A DNA stretch of 64,000 nt from an uncultured bacterium (GCA_905215345.1 CAJMPR010000004.1:286623-350622), one strand, 5' to 3'; positions 38,500-49,169 are shown, numbered from the stretch's first letter. Notes: generated by a model from the sequence alone, not told the origin. Numbers and translations are program-made.

Positions 38500-41082
38500 A
38501 TGAAAAAACTATTACTAATATCAACGTTAAGCCTGCTGCTTTTAGTCACAGCCTGTACTTTTCCCGAAGAAGCGGTTAATGATCGGCGACAACTCTTTAC
38601 TGTCGGTTGGGTTTTTCATTTGGGGGATGATAGTATCGCTGCCCGTCCGGATTACGATGATACAGGCTGGCGAAAATTGAATCTGCCACATGATTGGGCT
38701 ATTGAAGGAGAATTCAGTAAAGATAATCCTTCCGGAACGGGTGGAGGCGCGTTGCCCGGTGGCATCGGCTGGTATCGTAAGACATTCACCGTTGATAAAG
38801 CGGAGGAGGGGAAACGACTATATATCGACTTTGATGGCATCTATATGAATTCTACCGTTTACATCAACGGACATCGGTTGGGCATGCGTCCCTATGGTTA
38901 TATCTCATTCAGTTATGACCTGACCCCTTATATTCGATGGGGAGAGAAAAATGTAATTGCAGTGCGGGTGGATAATGAGGAACAACCCAATTCCCGTTGG
39001 TATTCCGGCTGTGGTATTTATCGTAATGTATGGCTGACAAAGGTAAACCCGGTACATGTGGCACAATGGGGGACGTATGTGACAGCAGAGGAAGTCTCGA
39101 AAAATAGTGCCCGTCTGTTGGTGCGTACAAAGGTACAATACGATGTTGCTGCCCAGATGAGGGATTCTGTGAAGCAAGCTGACGGCACGTACGTTGTATT
39201 TGAGTCGGAAATTATTCCTCTGGCGGATGTTGTTTTATACTCCCGGCTGATTGATGCTGGCGGAAGTGTTGTGGGAGAGGTTGCGTCGGAACTTCAGGTT
39301 ATGCCTGTTACTCCCGTTGAAGTAGAGCAAGAAATAACATTGAAGAATCCTAACCTTTGGAGCATCGATACACCTTATATATATAAGGTAGAGAGTATTC
39401 TCAAAGATAGGACTACTGGCGAAGTGCTGGATACTTATATAACCCCGGTGGGAATTCGTACCTTCCTCTTTGATGCCCGGAAGGGTTTCATCCTGAACGG
39501 TGAACGGATAAAGATTAACGGTGTCTGTATGCACCATGACCTGGGCTGCCTGGGGGCGGCGGTGAACGTGCGTGCCATGGAACGCCAACTGGAAATACTG
39601 AAAGAAATGGGTTGCAACGGTATCCGCTGTTCACACAACCCTCCTGCACCGGAACTGCTCGACCTTTGTGACCGTATGGGTTTCATCGTCATGGATGAGG
39701 CTTTTGATATGTGGCGTAAGAAAAAGACCTCGCACGACTATGCCCGCTATTTTAATGAATGGCACGAGCGTGACCTTGCCGACCTTGTGATGCGTGACCG
39801 CAATCACCCCTCCATCTTTATATGGAGCATCGGTAACGAAGTGCTGGAGCAATGGAGCGATGCGAAGGCTGATACACTCAGCTTGGAAGAAGCGAACCTT
39901 GTTCTGAACTTCGGGCATGATAAAAGCATGTTGGCAAAGGAAGGTGAAGTATCTGTTAACTCCTTATTGACGAAAAAACTCGTGGACAAGGTGAAGGAAC
40001 TGGATAATACCCGCCCTGTTACCGCAGGTTGTAACGAGCCGAATCCCAATAACCATTTGTTCCGTTCGGGAGCATTGGATATTATCGGCTTCAATTATCA
40101 TGACAACTGGTTTGCCGGTGTTCCGGAGAACTTTCCCGGTAAGCCGTTTATTGTGGCGGAGAGTGTATCGGCATTGATGACGCGAGGTTACTACCGCATG
40201 CCGAGTGACTCGGTAGTGACTTGTCCGGAGCGTTGGGACAAACCTTATTATGATGCTTCATTTTCTTGTTCCTCCTATGATAACTGCCATGTACCCTGGG
40301 GCAATCAGCATGAAGGTACGATGCGCCATGTGAAGAATAACGATTTCATCAGCGGGCAGTATGTTTGGACAGGGTTCGATTATATCGGTGAACCTACTCC
40401 TTACGGCTGGCCGGCACGCAGTTCGTTCTTCGGTATTGTTGATCTCGCAGGATTTCCGAAAGACATTTATTATATGTACCAGTCGGAATGGCGTCCCGAT
40501 AAAACTGTGCTTCACCTCTTTCCGCATTGGAATTGGACACCGGGGCAGGAGGTTGACCTTTGGGCTTATTATAATAATGCCGACGAGGTGGAACTCTTTG
40601 TGAATGGTGAGTCACAAGGGGTACGCAGTAAAGATAAAGACGATTTCCACGTGAGGTGGCGCGTACAGTATCAGCCAGGTGCGGTGAAAGCTGTTTCCCG
40701 TAAAGACGGCAAGATAGTGGCGGAGAAGGAAATCCGTACTGCCGACGAGCCTGCGCGAATTCGTCTGATACCCGACCGAAGTACTATTCATGCAGATGGC
40801 AAAGACCTGAGCTTTATTACGGTAGAGATAGTGGATAAGGAGGGTAATCTTTGTCCCCAAGCTGAAAATAATGTTACTTTTGCAGTGGAGGGTGTGGGCC
40901 TTATAGCCGGAGTAGATAATGGAAGCCCCATCTCAATGGAGAAGTTCAAAGACAATCACCGTAAGGCTTTCTATGGGAAATGCTTGGTGGTGATACAAAA
41001 TAACGGCCAGTCCGGAGGCATTAAACTGACGGCTACCGCCGAAGGGTTGGAAAAAGCGGTGACAGGATTGAAAGCGAAATAG
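38500..41082 (+). CDS. GH2 beta-galactosidase
   Basis: LPHDWAIE, GIGWYRK, SRWYSGCGIYRNV, GVCMHHDLG, RDRNHPSIFIWSIGNE, WTGFDYIGEPTP. Confidence 0.93.
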   Translation: MKKLLLISTLSLLLLVTACTFPEEAVNDRRQLFTVGWVFHLGDDSIAARPDYDDTGWRKLNLPHDWAIEGEFSKDNPSGTGGGALPGGIGWYRKTFTVDKAEEGKRLYIDFDGIYMNSTVYINGHRLGMRPYGYISFSYDLTPYIRWGEKNVIAVRVDNEEQPNSRWYSGCGIYRNVWLTKVNPVHVAQWGTYVTAEEVSKNSARLLVRTKVQYDVAAQMRDSVKQADGTYVVFESEIIPLADVVLYSRLIDAGGSVVGEVASELQVMPVTPVEVEQEITLKNPNLWSIDTPYIYKVESILKDRTTGEVLDTYITPVGIRTFLFDARKGFILNGERIKINGVCMHHDLGCLGAAVNVRAMERQLEILKEMGCNGIRCSHNPPAPELLDLCDRMGFIVMDEAFDMWRKKKTSHDYARYFNEWHERDLADLVMRDRNHPSIFIWSIGNEVLEQWSDAKADTLSLEEANLVLNFGHDKSMLAKEGEVSVNSLLTKKLVDKVKELDNTRPVTAGCNEPNPNNHLFRSGALDIIGFNYHDNWFAGVPENFPGKPFIVAESVSALMTRGYYRMPSDSVVTCPERWDKPYYDASFSCSSYDNCHVPWGNQHEGTMRHVKNNDFISGQYVWTGFDYIGEPTPYGWPARSSFFGIVDLAGFPKDIYYMYQSEWRPDKTVLHLFPHWNWTPGQEVDLWAYYNNADEVELFVNGESQGVRSKDKDDFHVRWRVQYQPGAVKAVSRKDGKIVAEKEIRTADEPARIRLIPDRSTIHADGKDLSFITVEIVDKEGNLCPQAENNVTFAVEGVGLIAGVDNGSPISMEKFKDNHRKAFYGKCLVVIQNNGQSGGIKLTATAEGLEKAVTGLKAK

Positions 41083-41171
41083 TTGTTTGAAGACCTCATT
41101 TGTCCTGTTTTATGTATATTAAAAGTGGGTTTCGTAAGAAGCTGGCAGTCAGAGAGCTATAAAAAGGTGTG

Positions 41172-41254
41172 CTCAGTCGTATACTTAGGGTACCTAAGTC
41201 GTATTGTGAGATACCCTAAGTATACGACTGAGATACTCTAAATATACGGCTGAA
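41172..41254. repeat. Array of 4 x 22 bp units (17 bp core + 5 bp spacer), mixed orientation
   Basis: CTCAGTCGTATACTTAG (41172), CTAAGTCGTATTGTGAG (41194), CTAAGTATACGACTGAG (41216, exact reverse complement of unit 1), CTAAATATACGGCTGAA (41238). Confidence 0.9.
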
Positions 41255-41311
41255 TCTGCGAACCGTTTGCTTTGTAAATATTGTATACTAATAATTGATA
41301 ACATAATTAAG

Positions 41312-43543
41312 ATGAAAAACAAATTCCTGTTAACTTTATTATTTGCTTGCTCCGTAGGAGCATTATCAGCGCAGACCCCTATCTATTTGGATGACGCCCA
41401 ACCCATAGAGGCTCGTGTAAAAGATGCTCTTGGGCGAATGACGCTTGAAGAGAAAGTAGCCCTTTGCCATGCGCAAAGCAAGTTCAGCAGTCCGGGTGTG
41501 CCTCGTCTCGGTATTCCCGAACTATGGATGAGCGACGGTCCTCACGGTGTCCGTGCCGAAATAAATTGGAATGACTGGGGATATGCCCGGTGGACAAACG
41601 ACAGTGTCACCGCATTTCCAGCACTGACCTGTCTTGCCGCTACCTGGAACCCAGAGATGTCTGCCAAATATGGTAAAGCCATTGGTGAAGAAGCCCGTTA
41701 TCGGGGGAAAGATGTACTATTGGGCCCCGGCGTCAATATCTATCGTACACCGCTCAATGGTCGTAACTTCGAGTATATGGGAGAAGACCCTTATCTGGCA
41801 TCTGTAATGTGTGTACCCTATATTCAAGAAGTGCAGAAGAACGGAGTAGCCGTCAGTGTGAAACATTATGTGCTGAACAACCAGGAATTGTGGCGCGGAC
41901 ATATCGACGTACACCTTAGCGACCGTGCCCTGCATGAGATTTACCTGCCTGCTTTCAAGGCTGCCGTTCAACAAGGCGGTGCCTGGACGGTGATGGGTTC
42001 TTACAACAAGATACGTGGGCAGCATGGATGCCATAACGAGCTTACATTACAGAAAATCCTGAAAGGCGACTGGGGCTTTGACGGTGTGGTTGTAACGGAT
42101 TGGGGCGGTGCTCACGATACTTATGAGGCTGCCGTTAACGGACTGGATATTGAAATGGGGTCTTATACCAATGGACTCACTTCGGAAAGTGCTTTCACTT
42201 TCGATGATTATTATCTGGCAAAGCCCTATCTCAAGATGTTGAAAGAGGGGCTGGTGAAAGAGTCTACGGTGAACGACAAAGCTTCCCGGATTCTGCGGTT
42301 GATATTCCGTACAGCCATGAACCGTCAGAAACCTTATGGCGCACTTACGAATGAAGAGCATTACAGCGCTGCACGTGAGATTGGTAATGAAGGTATCGTG
42401 TTATTAAAGAATGCTCCGGTAGTGAAAAAGGGCAATCCGTTGTTGCCGATTGATGCTGCGAATGTTCGGAAGATTCTGGTGGTAGGAGATAATGCTGTTC
42501 GTCTGCTTAACGAGGGTGGCGGCTCTTCCGAACTGAAAGTGAAAGATATGGTGTCTCCGCTGGACGGGCTGCGTGCTGTTTATGGAGACAAAGTACAATA
42601 TGCGAGAGGCTATACCGCCGGTCGTCCGATGTATGGGAATGTGGAAGAAATTCCGCAAGCCGTGACCGATTCATTGCGTGCCGAGGCTGTGGCAATGGCA
42701 AGAGAGGCGGACTTGGTGATTCTGGTAGGCGGATTGAATAAAAACCATTTGCAGGATTGCGAGGCGGGCGACCGTGTGGATTATGGTTTGCCTTTCGGGC
42801 AAAATGAATTGATTGAGGGTTTGCTGGGGGTGAATAAAAATCTTGTGTTGGTGCTACTGAGCGGTAACGCCGTAGAGATGCCTTGGGTGAACAGAGTACC
42901 TGCTATTGTGCAAGGTTGGTATCTCGGTTCGATGGGTGGTCATTCGCTGGCCGATGTACTGAGTGGAGCGGTCAATCCGAGCGGGAAACTCCCGTTCTCT
43001 TTCCCTGCCAAGCTGACGGATTGCGGTGCGCATGCTTTCGATGCACTGTGTTATCCGGGTGATAGTATCAAAGAGGAGTATAAGGAAGATATTCTTGTAG
43101 GTTATCGTTGGCATGATACCAGGAAGATTCCGGCACTGTTCCCCTTCGGACATGGGTTGAGCTATACTACTTTTGCTTATAGCAAACCGACGGTTTCTTC
43201 TAAGACGATGGATTCTGACGGAACTTTAACCGTTACCCTGTCTGTGAAGAATACGGGAAGTGTTTTCGGGAAAGAAGTCGTTCAGCTATATGTGGGGGAT
43301 GAACAATGTGATGTCCTCCGTCCCGTCAAGGAGTTGAAGCATTTCCAAAAGGTATCTCTTGCGCCGGGCGAAGAAAGAGAGGTGACTTTCATCCTTACGC
43401 CGGATGATTTAAAATACTATCATACTCCTGTCAATAAATGGTTGGCGGATGCCGGGAAGTTTACCCTTTATATCGGAGCGTCTTCTACCGATATTCGGGG
43501 CAAAGTCACATTTGAGATGCGTGAGGTAGTATATCCGTGTTGA
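41312..43543 (+). CDS. GH3 beta-glucosidase
   Basis: PRLGIP, SDGPHGVR, GRNFEYMGEDP, KHY, VTDWG nucleophile, NPSGKLP, FPFGHGLSYT, FN3-like C-terminus. Confidence 0.94.
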   Translation: MKNKFLLTLLFACSVGALSAQTPIYLDDAQPIEARVKDALGRMTLEEKVALCHAQSKFSSPGVPRLGIPELWMSDGPHGVRAEINWNDWGYARWTNDSVTAFPALTCLAATWNPEMSAKYGKAIGEEARYRGKDVLLGPGVNIYRTPLNGRNFEYMGEDPYLASVMCVPYIQEVQKNGVAVSVKHYVLNNQELWRGHIDVHLSDRALHEIYLPAFKAAVQQGGAWTVMGSYNKIRGQHGCHNELTLQKILKGDWGFDGVVVTDWGGAHDTYEAAVNGLDIEMGSYTNGLTSESAFTFDDYYLAKPYLKMLKEGLVKESTVNDKASRILRLIFRTAMNRQKPYGALTNEEHYSAAREIGNEGIVLLKNAPVVKKGNPLLPIDAANVRKILVVGDNAVRLLNEGGGSSELKVKDMVSPLDGLRAVYGDKVQYARGYTAGRPMYGNVEEIPQAVTDSLRAEAVAMAREADLVILVGGLNKNHLQDCEAGDRVDYGLPFGQNELIEGLLGVNKNLVLVLLSGNAVEMPWVNRVPAIVQGWYLGSMGGHSLADVLSGAVNPSGKLPFSFPAKLTDCGAHAFDALCYPGDSIKEEYKEDILVGYRWHDTRKIPALFPFGHGLSYTTFAYSKPTVSSKTMDSDGTLTVTLSVKNTGSVFGKEVVQLYVGDEQCDVLRPVKELKHFQKVSLAPGEEREVTFILTPDDLKYYHTPVNKWLADAGKFTLYIGASSTDIRGKVTFEMREVVYPC

Positions 43544-43669
43544 TAGAAGGATTCATTATTGAACGGGATTACGCTAAACGTAAACTCTCATCACCTTTGT
43601 TTAATCTTTTCTTAATGATGGCGCCTGTCTGTAAATGATTGATTCCTATGTGTTTATAGAATAGTCTCA

Positions 43670-43753
43670 GAAGGTAGGCGACTATTGAGGCGAATGTTGC
43701 CTACTATCGGAGCGAAGGTAGGCGACATTCCCCTCGATGATAGGCTATATTTG
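43670..43753. repeat. Array of 4 x 22 bp units related to the 23504 array, mostly inverted
   Basis: GAAGGTAGGCGACTATT (43670), GAATGTTGCCTACTATC (43692), GAAGGTAGGCGACATTC (43714), degenerate fourth unit overlapping TATATTTG. Confidence 0.88.
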
Positions 43754-43781
43754 TACAGAGTTCAATATTTTTCGTACGATT

Positions 43782-46277
43782 ATGAAAACACTTTTTTTCT
43801 CCATTCTGTTCCTTGTGCCGGTAAAGCTTTTCGCTACCGGACTACCGATAGATAGCTGTAACCACCGGCTTTATTATACCGCTCCTGCAACCATCTGGGA
43901 AGAAACCCTTCCTTTAGGCAACGGCCGGTTGGGGATGATGCCGGACGGTGGTATTGGACGGGAACATATCGTCTTGAATGAAATTTCCCTTTGGAGCGGC
44001 AGGAAGGCGAATTATGGTAATCCGGATGCCTCCCGCAGTTTGCCTGCTATCCGCCAACTGCTTTTTGATGGGAAGAATAAAGAAGCGCAGGAATTGATGT
44101 ATAGCAGTTTCGTTCCCGAGAAACCGGAGTTTGGCGGAACGTATGGAAACTATCAGATGTTGGGAGAACTTGATATTGATTTCCAGAAAGGAGACAAGGA
44201 AATCAGGGAACAAGTTGACAAGGAGAATACTACTTCCTTTGTCAACTTGTCCCCCACTCCCTTGTCAACTATAAAAAACTACCGTCGCTCGCTCAATCTG
44301 CGTGACGGGATAGCTCATCTGGTTTTTACGCAAAATGGGGTTACCTACCGTCGTGAGTACTTTGTTTCCCGTGAGCGCGATGTAATGATAGTCCACTTCA
44401 CCGCCGACCGCAAAGGGGCGTTGAATTTTTCTGCCCGTCTCAGTCGTCCGGAACGCGGCAGGATAACCGTAGATAAGCATACTCTCTTAATGGACGGTGC
44501 TTTGGAAAGCGGTAAGCCGGGACAAGACGGAATGAAATATCGTGTTGCCATGCGTCTTGTTTCCAAAAGTGGAAAACAAACCATTTCCGTTCCACAAGGT
44601 ATTACCTTGGCAAAGGGACAGGAAGCCTGGCTGGTTCTCTCTGCCGCCACTTCTTATGCTGCCGGAGGCACTGATTTTCCCGGTGAACGCTATGTCGAAT
44701 ATTGCGACAGTCTGCTTAATGCTGTTATACAACCGGGTATCCAGCCTGCGGCTCTTAGTTCCCAATCTTCCCACCGTGAACTTTATGACCGTGTATCCTT
44801 GACATTGCCCGCTTCGCCGGATGATGTTTTACCTACCAATGAACGTATTTTGCATTTCGCACAGAAAGAATCTCCTGCATTAGCTGCACTCTATTATAAT
44901 TATGGCCGTTATCTGCTTATCAGTAGTACCCGTCCCGGTAGTCTTCCTCCTAATCTGCAAGGACTTTGGGCAAATGGAGTACAAACTCCCTGGAACGGCG
45001 ATTACCACACGAATATCAATATTCAGATGAATCATTGGCCGTTGGAACAAGCCGGATTATCCGAGCTGTATCAACCTTTGACTACGCTGGTAGAACGCCT
45101 GCTCCCTTCCGGTAGCGAGACTGCCCGTACATTCTATGGTGATAAGGCTGAAGGATGGGTGCTGCACATGATGACAAATGTCTGGAATTATACCGCTCCC
45201 GGTGAGCATCCTTCCTGGGGGGCAACCAATACCGGCGGAGCCTGGCTTTGCGCTCATCTGTGGGAACATTACCTCTATACCCGTGATTTGGAATATCTGA
45301 AACGTATCTATCCCATATTGAAAGGCGCTTCCCGTTTCTTTTATTCCACCATGGTAGAAGAACCCAGGCACGGTTGGCTTGTAACAGCTCCCACTTCGTC
45401 ACCCGAGAATGCCTTCTATGTAGGCAATGATACGATAACCCCTGTCAGCATTTGCATGGGACCTACGATGGATGTGCAACTGCTTACCGAACTTTATACA
45501 AATGTCATTGAGGCCGCCCGTCTGCTGAATTGTGATACTGCTTATGTTGCTGAACTTCAGGCAGCTTTGAAAAAGTTCCCACCCATGCGGATAAGTAAAG
45601 CAGGCTACCTGCAAGAGTGGTTGGAAGATTATAAGGAACAAGATATACATCACCGCCATGTCTCTCACCTTTATGGATTACATCCGGGGAACCTGATTTC
45701 TCCTGACGCTACCCCCGAACTTGCCGATGCCTGCCGCATAACGTTAAATCGTCGCGGTGATGCCGGTACCGGTTGGAGCCGTGCCTGGAAAATTAACTTC
45801 TGGGCTCGCTTGGGCGATGGTAACCGCGCCTGGAAACTCTTCAAGAGTTTGCTTCATCCGGCTGTGGACGAACAAACGGGACATCATGGCAGTGGTACTT
45901 TCCCCAATCTTTTCTGCTCGCATCCGCCTTTCCAGATTGATGGTAACTATGGCGGTGCTGCCGGAATCGGCGAGATGCTGTTGCAAAGTCACGAAGGTTT
46001 TATAAATCTGCTGCCTGCATTGCCTGACAGCTGGTATGCGGGTAGTTTCCGGGGTATGCGCATACGTGGTGGCGCTTCCGTCGATTTGGATTGGAAGGAT
46101 GGGCGGGTTACGAAAGCGGTTATTACAGCTCCTGTTCCAGGAACATTCGTCCTGAAAATGCCGGTAGGTATAAAGGAGGCAAAAGTTGAAACAGGAGGGC
46201 ATACCTATATATATAACGGACAGAAAATGAATATAACTTTGCGCTCCGGTGAGAGAAGTGAAATACACTTCCAATAA
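43782..46277 (+). CDS. GH95 alpha-1,2-L-fucosidase
   Basis: WEETLPLGNGRLG, YGRYLLISS, NLQGLW, DYHTNINIQMNHW, SPEN, HRHVSHLYGLHPG, GWSRAWK, HPPFQIDGNYG. Confidence 0.94.
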   Translation: MKTLFFSILFLVPVKLFATGLPIDSCNHRLYYTAPATIWEETLPLGNGRLGMMPDGGIGREHIVLNEISLWSGRKANYGNPDASRSLPAIRQLLFDGKNKEAQELMYSSFVPEKPEFGGTYGNYQMLGELDIDFQKGDKEIREQVDKENTTSFVNLSPTPLSTIKNYRRSLNLRDGIAHLVFTQNGVTYRREYFVSRERDVMIVHFTADRKGALNFSARLSRPERGRITVDKHTLLMDGALESGKPGQDGMKYRVAMRLVSKSGKQTISVPQGITLAKGQEAWLVLSAATSYAAGGTDFPGERYVEYCDSLLNAVIQPGIQPAALSSQSSHRELYDRVSLTLPASPDDVLPTNERILHFAQKESPALAALYYNYGRYLLISSTRPGSLPPNLQGLWANGVQTPWNGDYHTNINIQMNHWPLEQAGLSELYQPLTTLVERLLPSGSETARTFYGDKAEGWVLHMMTNVWNYTAPGEHPSWGATNTGGAWLCAHLWEHYLYTRDLEYLKRIYPILKGASRFFYSTMVEEPRHGWLVTAPTSSPENAFYVGNDTITPVSICMGPTMDVQLLTELYTNVIEAARLLNCDTAYVAELQAALKKFPPMRISKAGYLQEWLEDYKEQDIHHRHVSHLYGLHPGNLISPDATPELADACRITLNRRGDAGTGWSRAWKINFWARLGDGNRAWKLFKSLLHPAVDEQTGHHGSGTFPNLFCSHPPFQIDGNYGGAAGIGEMLLQSHEGFINLLPALPDSWYAGSFRGMRIRGGASVDLDWKDGRVTKAVITAPVPGTFVLKMPVGIKEAKVETGGHTYIYNGQKMNITLRSGERSEIHFQ
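44190..44271. repeat. GTTGACAAG-family palindromic element inside the GH95 reading frame
   Basis: Perfect 12 bp inverted repeat ACAAGTTGACAA (44210) / TTGTCAACTTGT (44239), plus GACAAGG and CCTTGTCAACT; same words as the intergenic elements at 25027 and 35359. Confidence 0.8.
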
Positions 46278-46322
46278 AATTTGTATTTTTGCATTGTGTA
46301 TTCAATAAATCCACGATGCAAT

Positions 46323-47834
46323 ATGATTAAGAATAGATTGCTTTCTTTTAGTTTTCTTCTTTGCTTGCTGTTCTCGTTGACGGTACATGCACAGATTAAT
46401 GAGTTACCACGTTCTACTCCTGAGGCGGAAGGCGTGTCTTCGCAAGCGCTTATTAATGTATTTGACTCTCTGATGTCACTTCCCAAGACGGAAATCCACA
46501 GTGTGATGGTGCTGCGTCATGGTAAAGTGATTGCCGAAATATATCCTGCTCCGTTTGCGCCGGAATACCGACATACCATGTATTCCTGTTCAAAAGCTTT
46601 TGTCAGCGCTGCGGTGGGATTGGCTATTGATGAGAACCGTTTACGGCTGACTGATCGCGTAGCTACTTTCTTTCCGGGACTTCTTCCCGATACAATCTCT
46701 GCAAACTTGGCGGATATGACTGTCCGCAACTTGCTAACCATGACCTCGGGTATCACGCCTGACTGGAATATGCGTAATAACTGTTCCGACTGGATACGTA
46801 CTTTTCTGGCAAAACCGGTCAAGATTCCCGGCAAGCAGTTTGAATATGATTCGATAAGTACCTATCTGCTTTCTGCTATTGTGCAGAAAGTAACCGGCAT
46901 GACAGTATTGGATTATCTGAAGCTGAAGGTTTTCAATCCGATGAACATCACTGAGGTGGCTTGGGAAATCAGTCCCGAAGGGGTCAATACAGGTGGTTGG
47001 GGGCTACATATACAGAGTGAATCATTGGCAAAATTCGGACAGTTGTTACTCAATCACGGCAAGTGGGAAGGAAAACAATTACTTCCTGCGTCGTGGGTGG
47101 AACAGATGATGACCAAGCAAATGGAAACCGGTGGTGATGGTTATGGTTATCAGATGTGGCTTTGCGAATATCCCGGTGCCGTACGTGCTGACGGTGCACT
47201 CGGACAGTATGTTTTGGTTATTCCGGATAAAGATATGGTTGTGGTTATCACCGAATGTACTTTGATAGACGGACGTACTCAACGTCGTCTGGTTTGGAAA
47301 CGTTTATTACCGGAAGTTGGTGATACTCCGTTAATGCCGGGGAAGGCTTATAAACAGTTACAAAAGAAGCAAAGCACATATCAACTGCCGGTAGTGCAAG
47401 GTAAAGCTACCTCAGCTGTTTCACGAGAATATGCCGGAAAACGAATTGAACTTGGGCAGAATAAATTTGGTTGGCAGTCTCTCAACTTACAGTTCAAACC
47501 TAAAGAAGTAGTGTTGACGATTACAGAAACTAACGGGAATTCGTATGATTTATTGTTTGGTTATAAACAGTGGTTGAAGGTGTCGACCGAAGTTCATCCT
47601 CCTTACTCAATTACTCCTGTAGATAGCTTTAAAGGAATTGAAGGCCCTTTCTGGGTAGCAGGGAGTTATGCTTGGGCTGAACCGAAGGTCTTAGAGCTGA
47701 AAGCCCATTATGTAAACTGGATAAGTGCATTGGATATTAAACTGCGTTTTGAAGGGGAAAGCGTCGACTTGACGGTGAAAGAAAATTATTCGTCGGGTGA
47801 GGGCATTATCATGAAAGGCGAACTGCGTAAATAA
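46323..47834 (+). CDS. Serine hydrolase (beta-lactamase class C-like family)
   Basis: Signal peptide; SxxK in YSCSKAF, LLTMTSG, FEYDS, LAKFGQL, YGYQMW. Confidence 0.88.
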   Translation: MIKNRLLSFSFLLCLLFSLTVHAQINELPRSTPEAEGVSSQALINVFDSLMSLPKTEIHSVMVLRHGKVIAEIYPAPFAPEYRHTMYSCSKAFVSAAVGLAIDENRLRLTDRVATFFPGLLPDTISANLADMTVRNLLTMTSGITPDWNMRNNCSDWIRTFLAKPVKIPGKQFEYDSISTYLLSAIVQKVTGMTVLDYLKLKVFNPMNITEVAWEISPEGVNTGGWGLHIQSESLAKFGQLLLNHGKWEGKQLLPASWVEQMMTKQMETGGDGYGYQMWLCEYPGAVRADGALGQYVLVIPDKDMVVVITECTLIDGRTQRRLVWKRLLPEVGDTPLMPGKAYKQLQKKQSTYQLPVVQGKATSAVSREYAGKRIELGQNKFGWQSLNLQFKPKEVVLTITETNGNSYDLLFGYKQWLKVSTEVHPPYSITPVDSFKGIEGPFWVAGSYAWAEPKVLELKAHYVNWISALDIKLRFEGESVDLTVKENYSSGEGIIMKGELRK

Positions 47835-47840
47835 TCTATT

Positions 47841-48479
47841 ATGAGGTGTCATCGTTTTATTCTTGCATTGAAACGTCCGTTTATCTGGTTGTTTCGTTTT
47901 CGCCACCGTTGTGGTTATGGGGTACATTCGCCTTTTGCCTTCAACTTGATTACCTATGTAATTTATGAAAAAGCTCCTTATTATAAGTATAAGAACTTAG
48001 CTGATGCAGAACAGGAACTTGCAATACAGAAAGACCGGTATTGGGGAGCTGAATCAAAAAAGGTGAAGCGGTTGCTTTTTCGGTTGGTAAATGATACCCA
48101 ACCCGGGACAATCGTAGATGCCGGAACTTTGTCGGCTTCTTCGCTGTATCTGAAAGCAGGCAAAGAAGATGCTGACTATACTTCTGCTTCCGAACTTTCC
48201 GGGCTTTTTCTGGAAAGCGGTATCCCCGTAGAGTTTCTTTATTTGCATGATTACAAGCATCCGGAGTTTATGGAAGAAGTTTTCCGTATCTGTGCTGCCC
48301 GTACTACGGGTAAGTCTGTTTTTGTTATTGAAGGTATTCATTATACTTCACGGATGCGTACTCTTTGGAAACAAATGAAAGAAGACGAACGGGCAGGCAT
48401 TACTTTTGACCTTTATGACCTTGGTATCATCTTCTTTGATAAAACAAAGATAAAACAAGATTACATTGTCAACTTTTGA
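47841..48479 (+). CDS. Conserved hypothetical protein (degenerate methyltransferase-like)
   Basis: GYGVHSPFAF N-terminus and TFDLYDLGIIFF C-terminus, recalled as a Bacteroidetes family. Confidence 0.7.
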   Translation: MRCHRFILALKRPFIWLFRFRHRCGYGVHSPFAFNLITYVIYEKAPYYKYKNLADAEQELAIQKDRYWGAESKKVKRLLFRLVNDTQPGTIVDAGTLSASSLYLKAGKEDADYTSASELSGLFLESGIPVEFLYLHDYKHPEFMEEVFRICAARTTGKSVFVIEGIHYTSRMRTLWKQMKEDERAGITFDLYDLGIIFFDKTKIKQDYIVNF

Positions 48480-48533
48480 TTATCTTTAGACGTTTGATAG
48501 TAATGATTAGTGTTTACTAAAAAACTCTTTTTT

Positions 48534-49097
48534 ATGAAGAAAAGTCTTGTATATACAAAAACCGGGGATAAGGGTACTACCTCTCTTGTTGGTGGTACTC
48601 GTGTGTCTAAAACCCATATCCGTCTGGAAGCCTATGGAACGGTGGATGAACTGAACTCTCATTTAGGACTGTTAATTACCTACCTGACGGATGAACGTGA
48701 CAAGAAGTTCCTGCAACAGGTACAGGATAAACTTTTTGCAGTTGGTTCCCATCTTGCGACAGACCGTGAAAAAATTAAGCTCCATGAAGTGAGTATTATT
48801 ACTCCGGAGTTGGTGGAAATGGTGGAACATGAGATTGATAGGCTGGATGAAATGCTTCCACCGTTGTCGTCTTTTGTTCTTCCCGGTGGAAGTCGGGGGG
48901 CTGCCGTCAGTCATATTTGCCGTACCATCTGTAGACGTGCCGAGCGTCGTATTCTTACTTTGGGTGAGCAGGTAGAAATTTCTTCTGAATTATTGGCTTA
49001 TGTTAACCGTTTGTCCGATTATTTGTTCGTTCTTTCACGAAAAATGAACCAAGACGAGAAAAAAGAAGAAATATTTTGGAATAATAGTTGCAAGTGA
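48534..49097 (+). CDS. PduO-type cob(I)yrinic acid a,c-diamide adenosyltransferase
   Basis: [45 protein letters not shown]. Confidence 0.95.
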   Translation: MKKSLVYTKTGDKGTTSLVGGTRVSKTHIRLEAYGTVDELNSHLGLLITYLTDERDKKFLQQVQDKLFAVGSHLATDREKIKLHEVSIITPELVEMVEHEIDRLDEMLPPLSSFVLPGGSRGAAVSHICRTICRRAERRILTLGEQVEISSELLAYVNRLSDYLFVLSRKMNQDEKKEEIFWNNSCK

Positions 49098-49169
49098 ATT
49101 ATTTTGTTATACTTTTGCCGAAAAATGAGAAGTAGGAATTAATATTCACAATTTTAATACTTAGAGACT

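Noticed and set aside
39135..39230. Possible inserted segment in GH2 (YDVAAQMRDSVKQADGTYVVFESEIIP)
   Set aside because: No palindrome or repeat at the DNA level, and it cannot be called an insertion without an alignment.
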